A DNA stretch of 64,000 bases from Octopus sinensis (lineage: Eukaryota), in assembly GCF_006345805.1 (NCBI RefSeq), contig NC_043005.1:22754001-22818000 (forward strand), in the 5' to 3' direction. The translations under genes were made by a program, and so were the position numbers. Positions 37,891-52,364 of this stretch are shown piece after piece; positions within the stretch are counted from its first letter, which is position 1, and each line of letters starts with the position of its first letter. The notes under the pieces were generated by a model. That model was not told where the DNA came from and did not search any database. It saw only the letters and a list, made by a program, of their open reading frames with translations.

Positions 37891-38295
37891 ATAGTGCATG
37901 CTGGTAGCACAAACCTTGAAACTTTTCAGTATTAAATTGCATGCTATTCTTCTCAGCACACTTGTATATTTCATGCAACTCGCATTGTAGGTGCATAGCA
38001 CCTTCAGGGTTCTGCATCACGTGTGAGATTTTTGTACCATATGCATAACTTGTGATCGTGGCTCTCTGTGTGGCTGACAGCATATCTGAGAGGGCCATTA
38101 TGAACAGTAGTGTGGCCCCAAAACAGTGCCTTGCAGAACACCGCTCACTATTTGCTTGTCATTGGAGGTGACCCCATTGGCTACTACCACCTGACTTCTA
38201 TCCTTCAGAAAGTCATGCAGCCTTTCTCCAATTTCATGACTATGCCGAGATTTCACGCAGTTTGGGACATATCATTCCATGATTGACTTTATTGA
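37890..38295 (-). mobile_element. Degenerate CR1-like RT fragment (same family as 46100-46560 and 61150-61330)
   Basis: GVLQGTV..PLLFIMALSD...SYAYGTKI...MQFNTEKFQ. Confidence 0.7.
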
Positions 38296-38502
38296 AATTT
38301 AGATCCAATTAATTTTAATAATTTCGAATTTATTATTATCGATTTAAAGATATAGTCACAAAACGCGCGTAGTCAATTCAATATTTATTTAATTTACTGA
38401 TTTTCAGAGTAATATTTATTATATTTAAATATTTTCTTTATGATTTAATATAGATATCTTTCACTATCAATTGAATTACTTAATAGAGGCTATTTCTTTT
38501 AA

Positions 38503-38735
<233 letters not shown>

Positions 38736-39134
38736 CATTTTAGGGTGGTATATATAAAATGCTGCGGAGCCACTGTTGAAACAAAATCCTTCGCACGAAC
38801 TTATCATTATTATTATTTTTATTCCACGCAGAACCATAATTTCTTTCTTCAAAATCTTTTTATTTATATATTTTTCACTGTGTGAAGTTCAATTCTGTGT
38901 TAGAGTTTCAGTTTTATCAGACATTTTTTTCTTCTGCATTCTTTTTTTATATGTATTTTCCACTGTGTGTATATTACTTTTCCCTGTATGAAGTTCAAAT
39001 CCCAACCTGGGATTTTTCACGTTTCTTCCACTGCGTGAGCTCCGAGTCCTCGTTGCCACTGATATGTCCCGCATTATAACGACGTCCTTTCGTCGTCTGC
39101 CTGATTGGATCGTACAACTTCCCTCACTAACTGC

Positions 39135-42100
39135 GTTTCTTTTATTTGGCTACATGGGACCAACAAAGGGAGGACAAACAAGACCAGACAATACATAAAA
39201 GGAGGGGGAGTCATGTCGGATGATTTACAATGATATGAATTTTAAAAATTTAAACATGATTTTAAAATTCTTATGTGATTTCAAGGATCCAGTTGACTAC
39301 CGACGTCCGACGTGATACTTTTTGCTTTTCCCCTGGCTCTACCTACCTGGTTCCATTCACGCACAGCATCCTTTCTACAGACTTCCATCTTCTTGCGTAC
39401 ATAGTGTGTGACATGTATCTCTTCTCCAGCCTGATCTTGCTCTTGAGGTGGTAGTTAAAAAAGTTAACCAACCCTTGGCCGGGGATGAAGGCATCTGTCG
39501 CTATCCCTCTTGCACGCGTCTTCCATACTGTCTCTTTTAGTATGGCTACCATGCAGAAAAAGAAGGCCTGCCTCTCCCTGTTAAGGGAGAGTAGGTAGCA
39601 CAATCTTAATGATAGACTTAGCTGATAGCTGTACTCTTCCCATTTTCGATAACAGTTGTTCAGCAAAGTTTATCAGTTCCGTTAATTGCGTACACTGTAC
39701 GAAGACGTGCGGGACAGTGACATGTCGGTGGGTCGGCACGACCGTGCCTCGATAACCTCTCTCGAACAGGTAAAACTGATCGATAGCACAACCAACCCAG
39801 GGATTTCTGATAATTATCCAGATACTCTAGTCCAAAGATTCTCCTAAACAGGATGGTCACCTGATTTCAATCGACGCCCAGAGTCTCCCCTAGAACATCG
39901 TCTGATATAAACACTACCAGCTTGCTATAGAAATCCGCTGTGGAGCTCCTGCTGCCGGTATTGGCCACCCGAGAGAGCAGCCTGAGTGCCTGTCGACTGC
40001 CATTTGCCCTGCCTAGGTCTACGCTTGATCCATGAACCAATATCCTGTAGGGATGTCAATTGAGGGAAGAAAAACCGCACGTGCGGTGACCACACCTGCT
40101 CACCATCCAGGTAGAGCCAGAGGTGCTTAAGCCTTAGCGCGAACTTGCGCATTCTCAACTACGACATCCCTAGCCCACCCTTTAACGGTTTTGGCAGCAG
40201 ACAGAGCGTCTTACAAGTGGTCCTCTTCTCTTCCACTAAAAGTGGAATAGAAGTCGTTCCAGCTTCTTCAGTCACAAATCGGGACAAGGCACAACAGTCA
40301 AGCGGTAAGTGATAACAGAAGCTATAAGCATCTGTGCCATCTCCACCTTTCCTTGCAGAGATAACGCCATAACAGACCAGGTCCAGGTTAAGGCAGTTAC
40401 CCTGCCTGTAACCTCGCTCCAATTCTTCTCTATCTGGAGTTCTGGACCGAACCAGAACTCTAGCATCTTAATCGAAACTTCCGTCTAACGTCCCATGACG
40501 TTATTGGGCAGCATCGACTTGCTCCTCCAGATGCTGAGTTGCAAGCCGGCTGACTTGTCCTGATTAATTACTACTCCTGCCACCGCTTCGTATCCTTTGA
40601 TGGCGTTTTCTACACTAGGTAGCAAACCTTGATCGGACACGATGATGGTGATGTCATCCGCGAACGGTAGCTGCTCCTCCGCCCCATAGATCATGCGAAA
40701 CGCCCCCTCCGCCTCCATCCTTCGCAGAGATGTCTCAAGAGCCAGCATATACAAAAGTGGAGACAAGTGACATTCCTGGCGAACTGGGCGCTCAATATTG
40801 AATGGTTTCGAGAAGAAACCGTTCACCCGGTCGACAGACTCGATGTTGCTGTACAAAGCAGCGATCCAGCCACGGAAAGTCGGGCCCTGCCCGGCCGCCC
40901 CGATATCCGCTGCCAGGTACCGATGGTCGACCCTATCAAATGCTTTAGACTGGTCTAAATGTACGAGTGCCAGAAAGTTTACCTACCCTCTCTAAGGAGT
41001 AGCATATGAGTTGAAGATTGTCGTGTATCGACCTGCCTGGGATTGCTCAAGTCTGACCTTCCCCAACAAGGCCTTCCACGATCTGCATCAACCCCTTTGC
41101 TAGCATCGTGGCCAAAATCTTTAACTCTGAGTTTAGCAGAGTTATGGGCCTAAAGTTACTTACGATATCCTCCTTGCTCGGATCCTTTCTGATCAGAGTC
41201 ACTACCCCACGAATTGCAGCTTTGGGAATGCTGGCCAAATGTGTCCGAATAAGTCTGGTATGCTTTTATAAAACTCAGTGCAGACCATCAAGTCCCGGCG
41301 ATTTGTCCCTGGTGTACCCGGAGAGCACCTCGACAACCTCCGCAGCCGTGATCGGTCCTTCACAGCTCTCAGCTTCTCATGCCAAGAGACGCTGCCCCTC
41401 AGCTAGGAAGTCCCGAAGGGCCTCGCCATGGTCCAGCGCACCGCCCCTCCAGAACAACTTAGCAAAGTGCTTGTAAAAAACCTCACACATCTCATCTTGT
41501 TCTTTGATCGAACGCCTTTGATCCTCAATCAAAGATCTAATCGTTGCATCATTGCCATATTGGGTTTCTACCGAGCGTGCCCACCCGGTAACATTAATTC
41601 TTTCGCGGTTCACTGTACGAACTGCATTCCTCATGTTTGTCTCTGACGTAATGTCTAGGGCCATTCACGCTGCCAGAATTGGGGAAGCAGAGCTCAATCT
41701 CAACGCCTCTTCTAAGGTCTTAACTAAGTTGCCCCGTACTCTATCCCTATCTAAACTTAGCTGCTGGATAAATTTGATAGACTCAAATCGAATGGCTATT
41801 TTGAGGGCAGACCACCACCTGTTATTCAACACGGCGCCGGTTAATGTTTTCATCACTAACTCCTTAATTCGAACAAAATAGACTTATTTAGCGTCCAGTA
41901 GCCGGATCACCGTCTATGTGCTTTATCTATGTTCATCCTACACTTCACTAATTTGGGATCCGCGTAGGAGAACTGAACAAATTGTGGACATCTAAAACTA
42001 GCCTTATCTCTAGTTCGTACCACTATCCTATCTCTATAAAACCTGAGCACGCCATCCAGGTCCGCACAGGGATGCTCGGGTGATCAAGTCTATAACGATC

Positions 42101-44600
42101 CGCCAGCTGAAACACACCTACCTGACGAGCCACCATTATCCAGACGTGCATCCAGAATAGCGTTGTAGTCTCTTAACACAACTAATGTCTTAAACATCAC
42201 GAGAAAACCCTCGAGGCGCCGATAGAAATCAGTCTGTTTACTTTTTTACACCAGGTGCATATATTCCGACCAACCTGAAAGCTTTATTGCTGTATGTCAA
42301 GTCAAGGATGACCCGCCCACCTTCAGGATCTGCAAAGATTGTACTTGTCTTCAGAGCCAAGCCTTTTCGGAGAAGAAACACTATGCCTCCTCGACCTCTG
42401 TTCTGGCTAGGGGACATGATTTTCTCACAGCCATTGAAGAGAGTTGATAAGGCTTGTAGCCTGCCCAGCTTGGTCTCTGTAGCAACCATCACATCCATAT
42501 CCTGTGATCTGAGGTCGTCGAGAAAACAAGATTGTTTCTACTTCGAGCTCAGGCCACGCATATTCAAGCAATCAAGTTTAAGTGAAGCCATTGAAAACGA
42601 CAAAAAGGTTCTTATCTTTTTGTCGAGAAGGTAAGGGTCGACCTTGGTCTTTCTGAGGACCCCTCTCTCGTTGGTTTTTCTCTTTTTGTGGAGTCTTTAG
42701 TTGTTTTGGCACCTCTATTATCCGTCAGATGTTGACTGGATGCCTTTCTTTTAGTTGTCTAAATAAAGTCTCGGATGTTTTAGCTAATCTCATGGATAAG
42801 TCCTTATGTTCAGAGTACATCTTTGTTGTGTGGTGTAATGAGATTATGGTATATATGCATTGATTTTTAGGGTTGTATTTCACCGTTATTTTTTGTCTTT
42901 TTCATTAGTTTTGGGCGTTGGGGAGCAGGGTTTTTCATTTCTGTATGTAGTGGAAGTGGTTGGGGCGGGAGTGAGTTTGGTAGCGAGAACACATCTTTTT
43001 GCTCTTTTTCGGTTTCTCACTTCGAGTCCTCCCTCCTGGTCGACTACCTCCATGTCGACAAGAAGGAGAATTTAGCCTCTGGGCAATGATATAGGTGTAG
43101 GCGTTGGTATGGGTGTCGGTATATGTGCGTGTGTAGGTGTAGGATTGATTACTGGTGCATGTGTGGATGCAAGTATGGGTGCAGGTGAGGCTGTGTTTTG
43201 GAGTACTTGTGTAGAAATGGGAGTGGGTAATTCTTCTTTTTATCCTATTTTCTTCCTCTTTTTGTAGTGCCGGTTTCCGAGGGAAGTTCCTCAGTGGCAG
43301 AAGAGACACATTTGGCCCTTATATGACCTTTCTGGCCGCATTTAAACCATCGAGGTTTTCTTCTCTCGACCTGCATCTGTAGGGCATCTTTACCCATGAG
43401 CATTCTCTCTGGCATTTCCTCTACGTCACTTGGGGCTGCCGCCTGTATTAACACCTCTACGCACTGCCCCAGCCAGATTTGGGGGTCGGAGCGTTTGATT
43501 TGTAAAATATTCATTTTCTCTTCCTGGTTATAACAAAGGACAGCTATTACCTAGGCGACATCACTTTCTGGTGGCACTTCTGTAATTTTAATCCAGGATG
43601 TCCTTCGTCCTAGATAGGTAGGCACCTCTTCTGTTGTTAACGTTAGCACAGAGTGCTCGCGGGCTTTCTCTATGCTGTGGAACCTTACCTTTATAGAGGC
43701 GTATTTTTCCTCGGGCCACGTAGGAGATATCTCTCCAAATGGGTCCGAGACATTTTTCTATTTTCTCCCGTGGCATATTTTCTATTTTGCGGTTTTTTAC
43801 GCCGTAACTTTTATATATAATGTTTTTTCTCATTGTTTGGTTATATCGTCGGTGGGAGAAATTTTAATGTCGCTCCTGCTTGCTTTTAACATGCCGAAAT
43901 ATGACTGTAGTGATATTTCTGTATGACTGCGCGTATGACTGTATGACTGCGTTGTATTCCTATTATTTCTGTTTTGGTTTTCATAGCTGCCGCGAATCCG
44001 TATGTTAAATTTGATACTACCATCTCTTCATGTGGTACACCTTCGCTCTCAAAGAACGGCATTTTTCTTGATTATTTCTACCGACATGGTAAAAAATAAT
44101 CAAAACTTTTCTCTTTCAGAGAGAAAACAACAAAGTTTTTGCTTATTGTAGATAATACTCTAAAATAGTTTCAAATCCTTCCTCCGTCGGGGAAGGAACA
44201 CAGTTTTAAATTAAAACAGTTCACAAATGTGTAATCCAATAAATAAAATTTTCTCTAATCAGAGAGACACAATATTATGCAGTTCAAATCCTTCCCCCAT
44301 CGGAGGAGGAAAACATTTTAATGAAAACAGTTCACTAATGTGTGATTCAAAAGAAAAGTTTTCTCTCGTAAGAGAAACAACAATAAATAATTCAAATCCT
44401 TTCCCCGTCTGGGGAAGGAACACAGTTCAACAAAAATTTACCAAAACTGACCATAATTCACAATTATAGGAAATATTACAATCTTCCCCTCGTAGGGGGA
44501 AAGAACACAAGTTCGAAAACAACACCTGCCAAGCAGGCAACATTTTAACAAGGCAAACAATTCAAACAACAACACTTTAACAATATCTTTGAAAAGGAAA
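39135..44600 (-). mobile_element. Second, older Tx1/L1-clade LINE, apparently full length, with a 5' repeat array
   Basis: Collinear homology with 16678-22050: NFRPITLLN, LTGAVLNNRWW, FADD, WLCYRSVLPVRE. Degenerate knuckle WFKCGQKGHIRAKC. AATAAA near 39140. Many stops. Confidence 0.9.
44105..44520 (-). repeat. Tandem ~110-bp monomers, each with a C-run/G-run hairpin, in the 5' UTR of the Tx1 element
   Basis: aaatccttc...ggaaggaacacagtt-like units at ~44173, 44286, 44394 and 44480. Confidence 0.75.
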
Positions 44601-44749
44601 ACTAACAAAACATGACTTCTCTTTCAAATGAACTTGCCGCTCGTACGGCATTATTCGCGTACCTTCGCTGACTGACACTACTTATTAAGTCTGCCCACTA
44701 TTTATTAGTCGTGGACCAGCCCACTTCTCACCTGGGGGCGTCCACCACA

Positions 44750-44900
44750 GCAATTTGAATATGTATGGCAAAGATGAGATACAAGTGAGTTCCTTGGTGA
44801 ACACGGTCCATTGTTTTAGTACGGATATAAGAATGGAATTTGGACTCAAGAAATCCGGAAAAATTTACCTGAAAAGAGGCGAGGTACAGTCCCTAGCAGG
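44750..44900 (+). mobile_element. R4/Dong-like RT fragment
   Basis: LNMYGKDE..VSSLVNTVHCFSTDIRMEFGLKK. Confidence 0.6.
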
Positions 44901-45017
44901 GATAGAATTACCGAAAAGAGACTTTTAACTAATAATAATAAAAACAGCAAGAATTTGCGTGTGCAGCTGTAGATTTCCACTACGATGTTAATGGAAAATT
45001 TGTTAAGTCTTTGACAT

Positions 45018-45152
45018 TCAGGGACGGTCATGAAGTTGGTGTGTATTGGAATTCAGAAGATGTTTTCCTTCGTCTTTGTTGCTCCATAGTTTTCTAAAAT
45101 CTTCAATCTTTGGTAAATATTTTGACAATATCTGATATGTCAAAATTAAAGT
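45018..45152 (-). CDS. SLC18B1-like transporter copy A, terminal coding exon (TLILTYQILSKYLPKIEDFRKLWSNKDEGKHLLNSNTHQLHDRP*)
   Basis: Acceptor gtttcttttacag, phase 0, 44 codons then TGA. Contains an acidic dileucine-type sorting motif EGKHLL, as in SLC18 C-terminal tails. Confidence 0.75.
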   Translation of the reverse strand, partial: TLILTYQILSKYLPKIEDFRKLWSNKDEGKHLLNSNTHQLHDRP

Positions 45153-46099
45153 CTGTAAAAGAAACAAATCACATCAACATCATCATCAGAGACATCATCT
45201 TCATGATCATAACATTGTTAAAAACACTAGCAACAGAAATGAAGGAGGAGGCCTCTATGCAATCGTTCACCTAATATAACTAATAACTAAATCTTCAAAT
45301 AATAACCTAGCGCAAATATTCTGGATAAACTAATCCTGGATAGAATATGCCAGAAAACTAACTTCAGGACTCACTTTATGCCCATACTATGCTGTACAGA
45401 TCACAATGAGTTCATGTTTGTATCACCACGAACAGCACACTTTCTGTAGCCATCGTGTTATTCTGTATCGCGGCACAACTATATGAACTGATATATGACG
45501 CATCAGCTTTGCCTATTTTCCTTTGTCGTATCCAGTCTTCAAAACCTAGAGATAGATCTATGTCCTGCCTCTTGGTAAATTTCTTTGAAAGAATTGTCAG
45601 ATGAAGTTGCAGAACATTTTATGGCATACTACTCTTCCTTGCTTTTATTTATTTTTTCAGGGTGCTTTTCCAAGTTGAATTCATCTCTTCGGTTGGTAAC
45701 ATTTGCAAAGCTTGAGTTGAAACTGTCTCAAACGTCTGTGTTTACAAATGTATGCGTATGTGAAATTGTCATTTTTCTGGATATTTTTTTTCAAGGTACA
45801 ACAAATATCTGAGTTAGACTGTATGTCTTCTGTTTATCTTTTTGATATCTTCTAAACACTTCGAGGCGTATCGCACGACCATCTCAGTGGATACGATTTT
45901 TACAAATTATATTTTCTCTGAAGTGTGAAATGCAAAGTTGCTTTCTGCAAAATGGAACTCTGATCGCAAAAATAAATGAGTAAATAAATAAATTAATATA
46001 TATAAATAAATAAATAAATAAATTAATTAATTAATAACAATAATAATAATAATAATAATAATGGCTTCCTTGCTGGAGTGGGCCTCCCAAAATGTTAAA

Positions 46100-46562
46100 A
46101 GAAGATATAATATGCCTTGTTCACAAAGGAGGAAGAAGAGCAGATACTAAAAATTACATGCCTATCCTCTCTAACTTCATATGTTAGTAAAGTCATGGAA
46201 CTCGTTGTCAGAAGGAGGCTTATTATGTTCCTAGAGGAACATATCTTGCTCACAAACACGCAACATGGCTTCCATTCAGGAAGGAGCTGCCTCACACAGC
46301 TACTACAGCATTTCGACTGGGTACTGAAAAAACAGCTCAGCCGTTCAAATGTGGAAATGATATATCTCAACTTTGCTAAGGCCTCCGACAAAGATGATCA
46401 TGGGATATATAACAAACTGTGTGACCTTGGTATCATGAAAAACTAGGTGATTGACTGCATAACGTTTTAGGAAGTAGAAGTCAGAGACTTACAGCCAATC
46501 GTGCCCTCTCTAGGAAGACATCAATTCTCAGCTGAATCCCTCAGGGAACTGTACAGGGACCA
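46100..46562 (+). mobile_element. Degenerate CR1-like RT fragment
   Basis: TQHGFHSGRSCLTQLL..., YLNFAKASDKDDH and IPQGTVQGP. Confidence 0.75.
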
Positions 46563-46658
46563 TATATATGCGCGCGCGCTCGTGTGTATAATACATTGCG
46601 CTGTATTATTTTTGACAAGGAAAGAATGAAATACCAATAAAGCAACAGAGCTACTTAC

Positions 46659-46752
46659 AGTTAATAATACAAGAAATGCTATGTGGGTAAGACTCCATCT
46701 ATAGCCAAATATATCTAAAATAGGTCCAGCAACTATAAATCCAGTGAGTTGT
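46659..46752 (-). CDS. SLC18B1-like transporter copy A, 94-nt exon (QLTGFIVAGPILDIFGYRWSLTHIAFLVLLT)
   Basis: Acceptor tttttcgcag and donor gtaagt. Phase 2-0. MFS TM11-12 motif (G-x-L-x-D-x-x-G-Y-x-W). Same length as the exon at 9886-9979. Confidence 0.88.
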
Positions 46753-47074
46753 CTGCGAAAAACAAAATCATAAAAAAGAAACATCACAAAGATATATTTT
46801 ATTTGTAACAAGCATTATGAAATTAACATTATTATCAAACAAAAATAATAGTAATAATAATTATGCTTTCTACTGAAGCACAAGTCCTGAAATTTGGTGC
46901 GGGGGGATAAGTCGATTACATGGACCCAGTACTTGACTGATACTTATCTTATTGACCCCGAAAGAATGAAAGGTGCACTCGACCACGGCGTAATTTGGAC
47001 TCAGAACGTAAGGATGGCCACAATGCCACTAAGCATTTTGCACGGGTTGCTAAACATTCTGCCAGTTCACCACC

Positions 47075-47122
<48 letters not shown>

Positions 47123-47346
47123 GTAATAGTAATCCTTTCTACTAAAAGCACAATGTCTGAAATTTTGGGGGAGGGGACTACTCTACTACATCGTCCCCAG
47201 TATCTGACTGGTACTTAATTTATCGACCCTAAAAGGATGAAAGGCAAAGTCGACCTCGGCGGAATTTGAACTCATAACGTAAAAACAGACAAAAAACATT
47301 AAGCATTTCATCTAGCGTGCTGACGATCCTGCAAGCTCGCACTTTC

Positions 47347-47382
<36 letters not shown>

Positions 47383-47799
47383 TAATAATAATAATGATGG
47401 TGATGATGATGATAATAAAATGCGGCACACACCACCCCACCTGCACGAGAATGCAATAAATGATTCAATAGAAAGTTGCTTCAAACTATCATATATCGAA
47501 AAATAATAGTGTTGATGGCGTTGTTGACGAACATTACTTTAGATTCTGTTATCAGTACGATAGATACTAAAAATATAGGAGACATTAATTTACTGAACTA
47601 TGCAGCAGGGGAAGTAGTCAGCAGGAGATTAGATATCTCACAGGGAAATTGTTTTCAAGAGAAAATGTGGAAAAGAGATATAGCTGGATATAGATGTGGA
47701 AAAGGAGATATAGCTGGACATAAATGTGGAAAAAGAGATACAAAATAAAGTTGTTGTAACGTAAGTTTTTACGTACAATATATAAGATAAACAGACAAC

Positions 47800-49573
47800 A
47801 GTAAAAACAATGCAACGAACATGGATAAGTGAATGTTTGAGTATATTCAGTATAGCAGACGACATAAGAGAATTAATTTGCTTTATTATGAAGTAATGAA
47901 AAGTAGATCTCTACCCAGGTGACACACTCTTAGGGTAAGTTAATATTAAAAGAGGGATTTTCCAGGGGCACTCGCTTTCTCCTTTGATATTTGTCTTATG
48001 TTTGATCCCCTTCAGTTTAGTATTAAGGAAGGCAAAGTCAGGGTATCAATTCAGAAATAGTAAGGAAAAATTAACCATTTGCTCTACATGGATGATCTGA
48101 AGCATTTTAATAAGAATGAAAAAGATATAGGTACTTTAATATAGACTGTAAGACTCTTCAGCAAAGACAGGCATGAAATTTAGCATAGATAAACGCGCAA
48201 TATTACTAATGAGAAGGGGACAGGTAGTCAACAGCGAAGGCATCCAATTACCAGATGGCCAAACATTAACATCATTGAAAGGAGGAGAACGTTATAAGTA
48301 TCTAAGCGTATTACAATCTGACCGAGTACTAGCTGTAGAAATGAAAACGAAAATTGAGAAGGAGTACATCGGAAGGGTTAGGAAGCTAATAAAGTCAAAC
48401 CTAAATGGTCCGAATCTAGTGAAAGCTGTAAATACTTGGGCAGTATTATTACTTAGATATTCAGCAGTTTTTATAGATTGGACAAAAACTGAATTGGCAA
48501 AGCTAGACAGAAGAACTAGGAAGGAATTCAATATGAATGGAGGATTCCACCCAAGGGCAAGAGTAGCAAGAGGTTGATATCACTAGAAGACTGCATGGAG
48601 TTAACTAGAGTACATATAGACTCCTATGTAGGTAATAGTAAAGGAGAGTCACTAAAAACTACTAGAGTCACAGCATGACATAGGGGAACTAAAACACTAA
48701 ACGAACTTGAAAACCAGAAAACAAAACAGAACAGAAATTATCTGACTGGCAGGAGAAAGCTTTGTATGGTAGATTCCCAAAGATAACTGCAGCAAATAGT
48801 AGTTGTGAGACATGGTTATAGTTGCAGAAAGGAAAACTGAAAAGGGAGACAGAAAGTTTGTTAGTAGCTGCACGAGATCAAGCATTAAGGTCTAATTGGA
48901 TAAAAGCCTAGATAGAGAAAAAAATAGATTCTCAATGTCTGTTATTCATATCAAAACAGGAAAGCGTTATTCATATAGTAAGTAAATGTAGTATATTAGC
49001 ACAGCATGAATTCAAGAAAAGACATGACAATCTAGGGAGAGTAATCCACTATGAGTTATGTAGAAAGCAAGGATTTGAACATGCTGATAAATGGTATGAA
49101 CATGAACCTACTAACGTACTAGAAAGTAAGAAGTACAAGATGTTATGGGACTTTAACATTCAAACTGACAGGGTGATAAAAGGCCTGATTTAGTAGTAGT
49201 AGATAAAGAGATAGAAAGTGCCAGATAATTAACTTTACAGTCCCAAATGACGAAGAAATTAATATGAGAGATATAGAAAAAATAGCAAAGTAGCAGGACT
49301 TAGCCACTGTATTACAGAAACTGTGGAAAGTGCGGGTAAAATGTATCTCAGTAGTTATAGGTGCATTGGGAACTATCCCTAGAGTTCTGAACAGATGGAT
49401 AGAGAAAATAGGCATAAAACCCAGTTTAGTACAGCTACAGGAAACAGTGTTTTAGGGACAGCAAGGGTACTTCGGAGGGTTCTTGGCATCTAAGGTTACT
49501 TCTAGCCCGATGTTACGATATTTTTCTCTTCCAACAGTATAATTTGTGGCGCATAGTAATAATAATAATAATA

Positions 49574-49635
<62 letters not shown>
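47800..49635 (+). mobile_element. R4/Dong-like RLE LINE, degenerate, ending in (AAT)n
   Basis: GIFQGHSLSP, HLLYMDDLK, KAVNTWAV..LRYS, KRHDN, WDFNIQTD and VVIGALGTIP. (AAT)n tail at 49556-49635. Confidence 0.85.
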
Positions 49636-49636
<1 letters not shown>

Positions 49637-51483
49637 CCGTGGAGCCACTTCATGTAGTTTCAGAGTATTACATAAGAATACGCAGGAAGTTAGTGCTCAT
49701 CTCGTGGAACAAAGATTCTGGCGTAAAATTTAAATCGTCACTTTATATAACCCTAAGCACAACATTCCAGAAACTTCGAATTGCAAATGGACGAAATTTT
49801 CATAATCCGTTGATGTTTGCCGCCGTTAGTCGATACATGCCAACAATGCTGATTGACCGGTAAACGTTCACATGGGGATTCTATTCTCTCAAGGGTTTGG
49901 TTGTGCCTTTTATGGCTATATGTGTAAACTGTAGTATTTTGGTAGAAATCCAAGCAAGGTGGTTCGAATCTGGCTAGAACATAGCATCAAGTGCATGAAC
50001 AGTATAGAGAACAAAACACAAGACAGAAAATTAAAAGAAACATAAATGAGAAAGAGTGTATATCTACATTAAGTATAGTGCTGGCAAATTTTGGGAAGAT
50101 AAAAGTTTTGAAAGTGTGCTGACAAATAACAACTGCCACGGATGTTTATGCTATGCTTCAACAATTCTGAATGTGAAAAAAATCTTTCCGAACATCATAG
50201 ATGCTGCGCTGTTTTATATTAAATAAGGATGTCCATGGGTAATAAAGATATTCAATTCAAAAAGGTGGCCAGAGTTGTTGGAAAAGTGGTGGATAATCTT
50301 GCGTATCTTGAGTATCTGTGTCTATTGTCATTACTGGGAAAAGACATAATTAATCAGGTGTAATGCAGGCGACTAAGAGTCGGTGATCGTGTTTATAGTC
50401 TTAACTTTAACCCTTCTCAAATATAACAATATTGGTTTCAAGATATGATTTCAGACTCAGAATTCTTTAAAGACATTGAAAATCCAAATACCCATATCTT
50501 CTTTCTTCATAAATATCTATTTATGTTTTTATAGAAACGTTTACGTATAATTCCGATTGTATTACTTAAAAATATAATGACACACATATTTCAAAACTTA
50601 TGTCTCCAGTTTAATCGGCCCAGAGTTATAGTAAACATTTGCTTAAGGTGTCGTGCTGTGAAAACCGAACCCGAAATCATGTGGCTTCAAACCGAATGTC
50701 CTAACCATGTAGTCATGCCACTGTGTATATCAATTATTGACATATGATATGACACTTTTGTCAGGAAAATATTAATCATATGATTAGCGGGTGTGGCATT
50801 AATGGTAAACTTATTGGGTTGTTCAGAAAAAAGCTGAAAGCGTAGACTGTGTTGTGTCTGTATCAACAGTCGCTCGTCTACTATTCTTTCTCTTTCTCCC
50901 TTCCTCTCTGTCTCTGTCTCTGTCTCTCTCTTTCTCCCTGACTTTCTTTAATGTCACCATCAGAACATCATCTCATTGCTAAAACTGTATTTTTAACTCT
51001 GCTCTATATCATCACTACCTTCAACTAACTTTTTTAACCACGTAATAAATATTACATTCACCCTACCTCATGACATGGATGCTTATCTCACCGTCTTTTC
51101 TCTCTCCATCTTTTTCTTTCTTTCTCTTTCTGCCTCACTCTTCACTTTATCCTCTTTTCCTCTCTTGCTCTTTTCTTTCTCCCTCTTTTTCTTTAATCAC
51201 ATAAAAGCGTTACTGACGGGTTAAGTAACGTAATGACAAGCAGAATTATTACAAGATGTTTTTGTATCTGCTTGTCAATCTGTAAACTAAAGTTCCATCA
51301 TATGCTGTTCATATTGTCAATTTCCCAGACATGTGGTGAGGCATATCCTTATCTCATACCTATTTCTTTATGGTGTTAGTGCTGTTAACACAATCATCGA
51401 CAACATCATCTAATATAAGGGACGATCAAGAACAGTGTCCAAGAGGTTTTTTGCGCAGTAAATATAAATATTTTAATACTTAC

Positions 51484-51558
51484 CCAAAATATACACTCGT
51501 GTTGAAAGTGCTGCTTATTGTACTGGATTCATGTAAAGTTTGCTCCGTTTTATCGCCA
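51484..51558 (-). CDS. SLC18B1-like transporter copy A, 75-nt exon (GDKTEQTLHESSTISSTFNTSVYFG)
   Basis: Acceptor gatttttag and donor gtaagt. Phase 2-2. Same length and phase, and same terminal FG, as the exon at 11899-11973. Confidence 0.85.
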
Positions 51559-52364
51559 CTAAAAATCAAACACAAATACAATTTGTCAAAGATGTAAACT
51601 GAACTGTAATGCAATGTCTGATAAATACCTTTTAAATACAATGTTGTCTTAAAGTGACTAAAATTAGAGCCCGCAATCGCTAGTTTTCATCTCCTTGCTG
51701 TATCCCTACAAAATTATCTGACCACCTTAACCTTATAAATCTGTAGTTTCATTTGTTCCGGCTAGTTATGTCCTAAGTTCAAATATCATGGCTTACACAG
51801 ATGGCTGACCCAGGTTAACACCACAACGTGGTACCTTGAGTTTCCTTTAGCGGCTTTAGCATAGTTCACTCAGCTGCAAGCAGTAGGAACAGATTTCCAC
51901 TCAGAGAATAACTTCCTCCCTCTTACAAGTCTCTCGGAGGCCCTGTAATGAGTCATGGGAAAAACCTTCCCTCCCGACTAAAAAACATAAAAAATAGACG
52001 AACTGTATTTCTAGGATTTTCGACAGCCTATTCTAATTAACTTCATTTTTCGTCTTCCTTTGATCCGTTCTTTTGTTTCCAGAATAAAACATAGTATTCT
52101 GCAGATCATCTTACTGAACATAACTCCTCCTGATCAGGATGCCAGTCTCCAATAGGTTTTGGTTTATATGCCAAGTGAGAGATGTAGATTATCTCGGCAG
52201 AAGGATATTGGATTATCTGCCAAGAGGTCATAGGTTAGTATTTGATTACTAGAGGTGTTGACTCTTGTCAATACACTCATCTCTAATTCAGTTGGGTAAA
52301 TAGCTATCACTGTTTAGTACAACATTCTCCAGTGTTGGCTGTGAAAGTACAGCAGTTTAGTTTG

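Noticed and set aside
44105-44520. Hairpin repeats resembling a CRISPR array
   Set aside because: Eukaryotic context, variable repeats, homologous spacers and no cas genes. Part of a LINE 5' UTR.
47660-47745. ~27-bp tandem repeat (tgtggaaaagagatatagctgga)
   Set aside because: Short local minisatellite in degenerate sequence upstream of the R4-like remnant, with no evidence of function.
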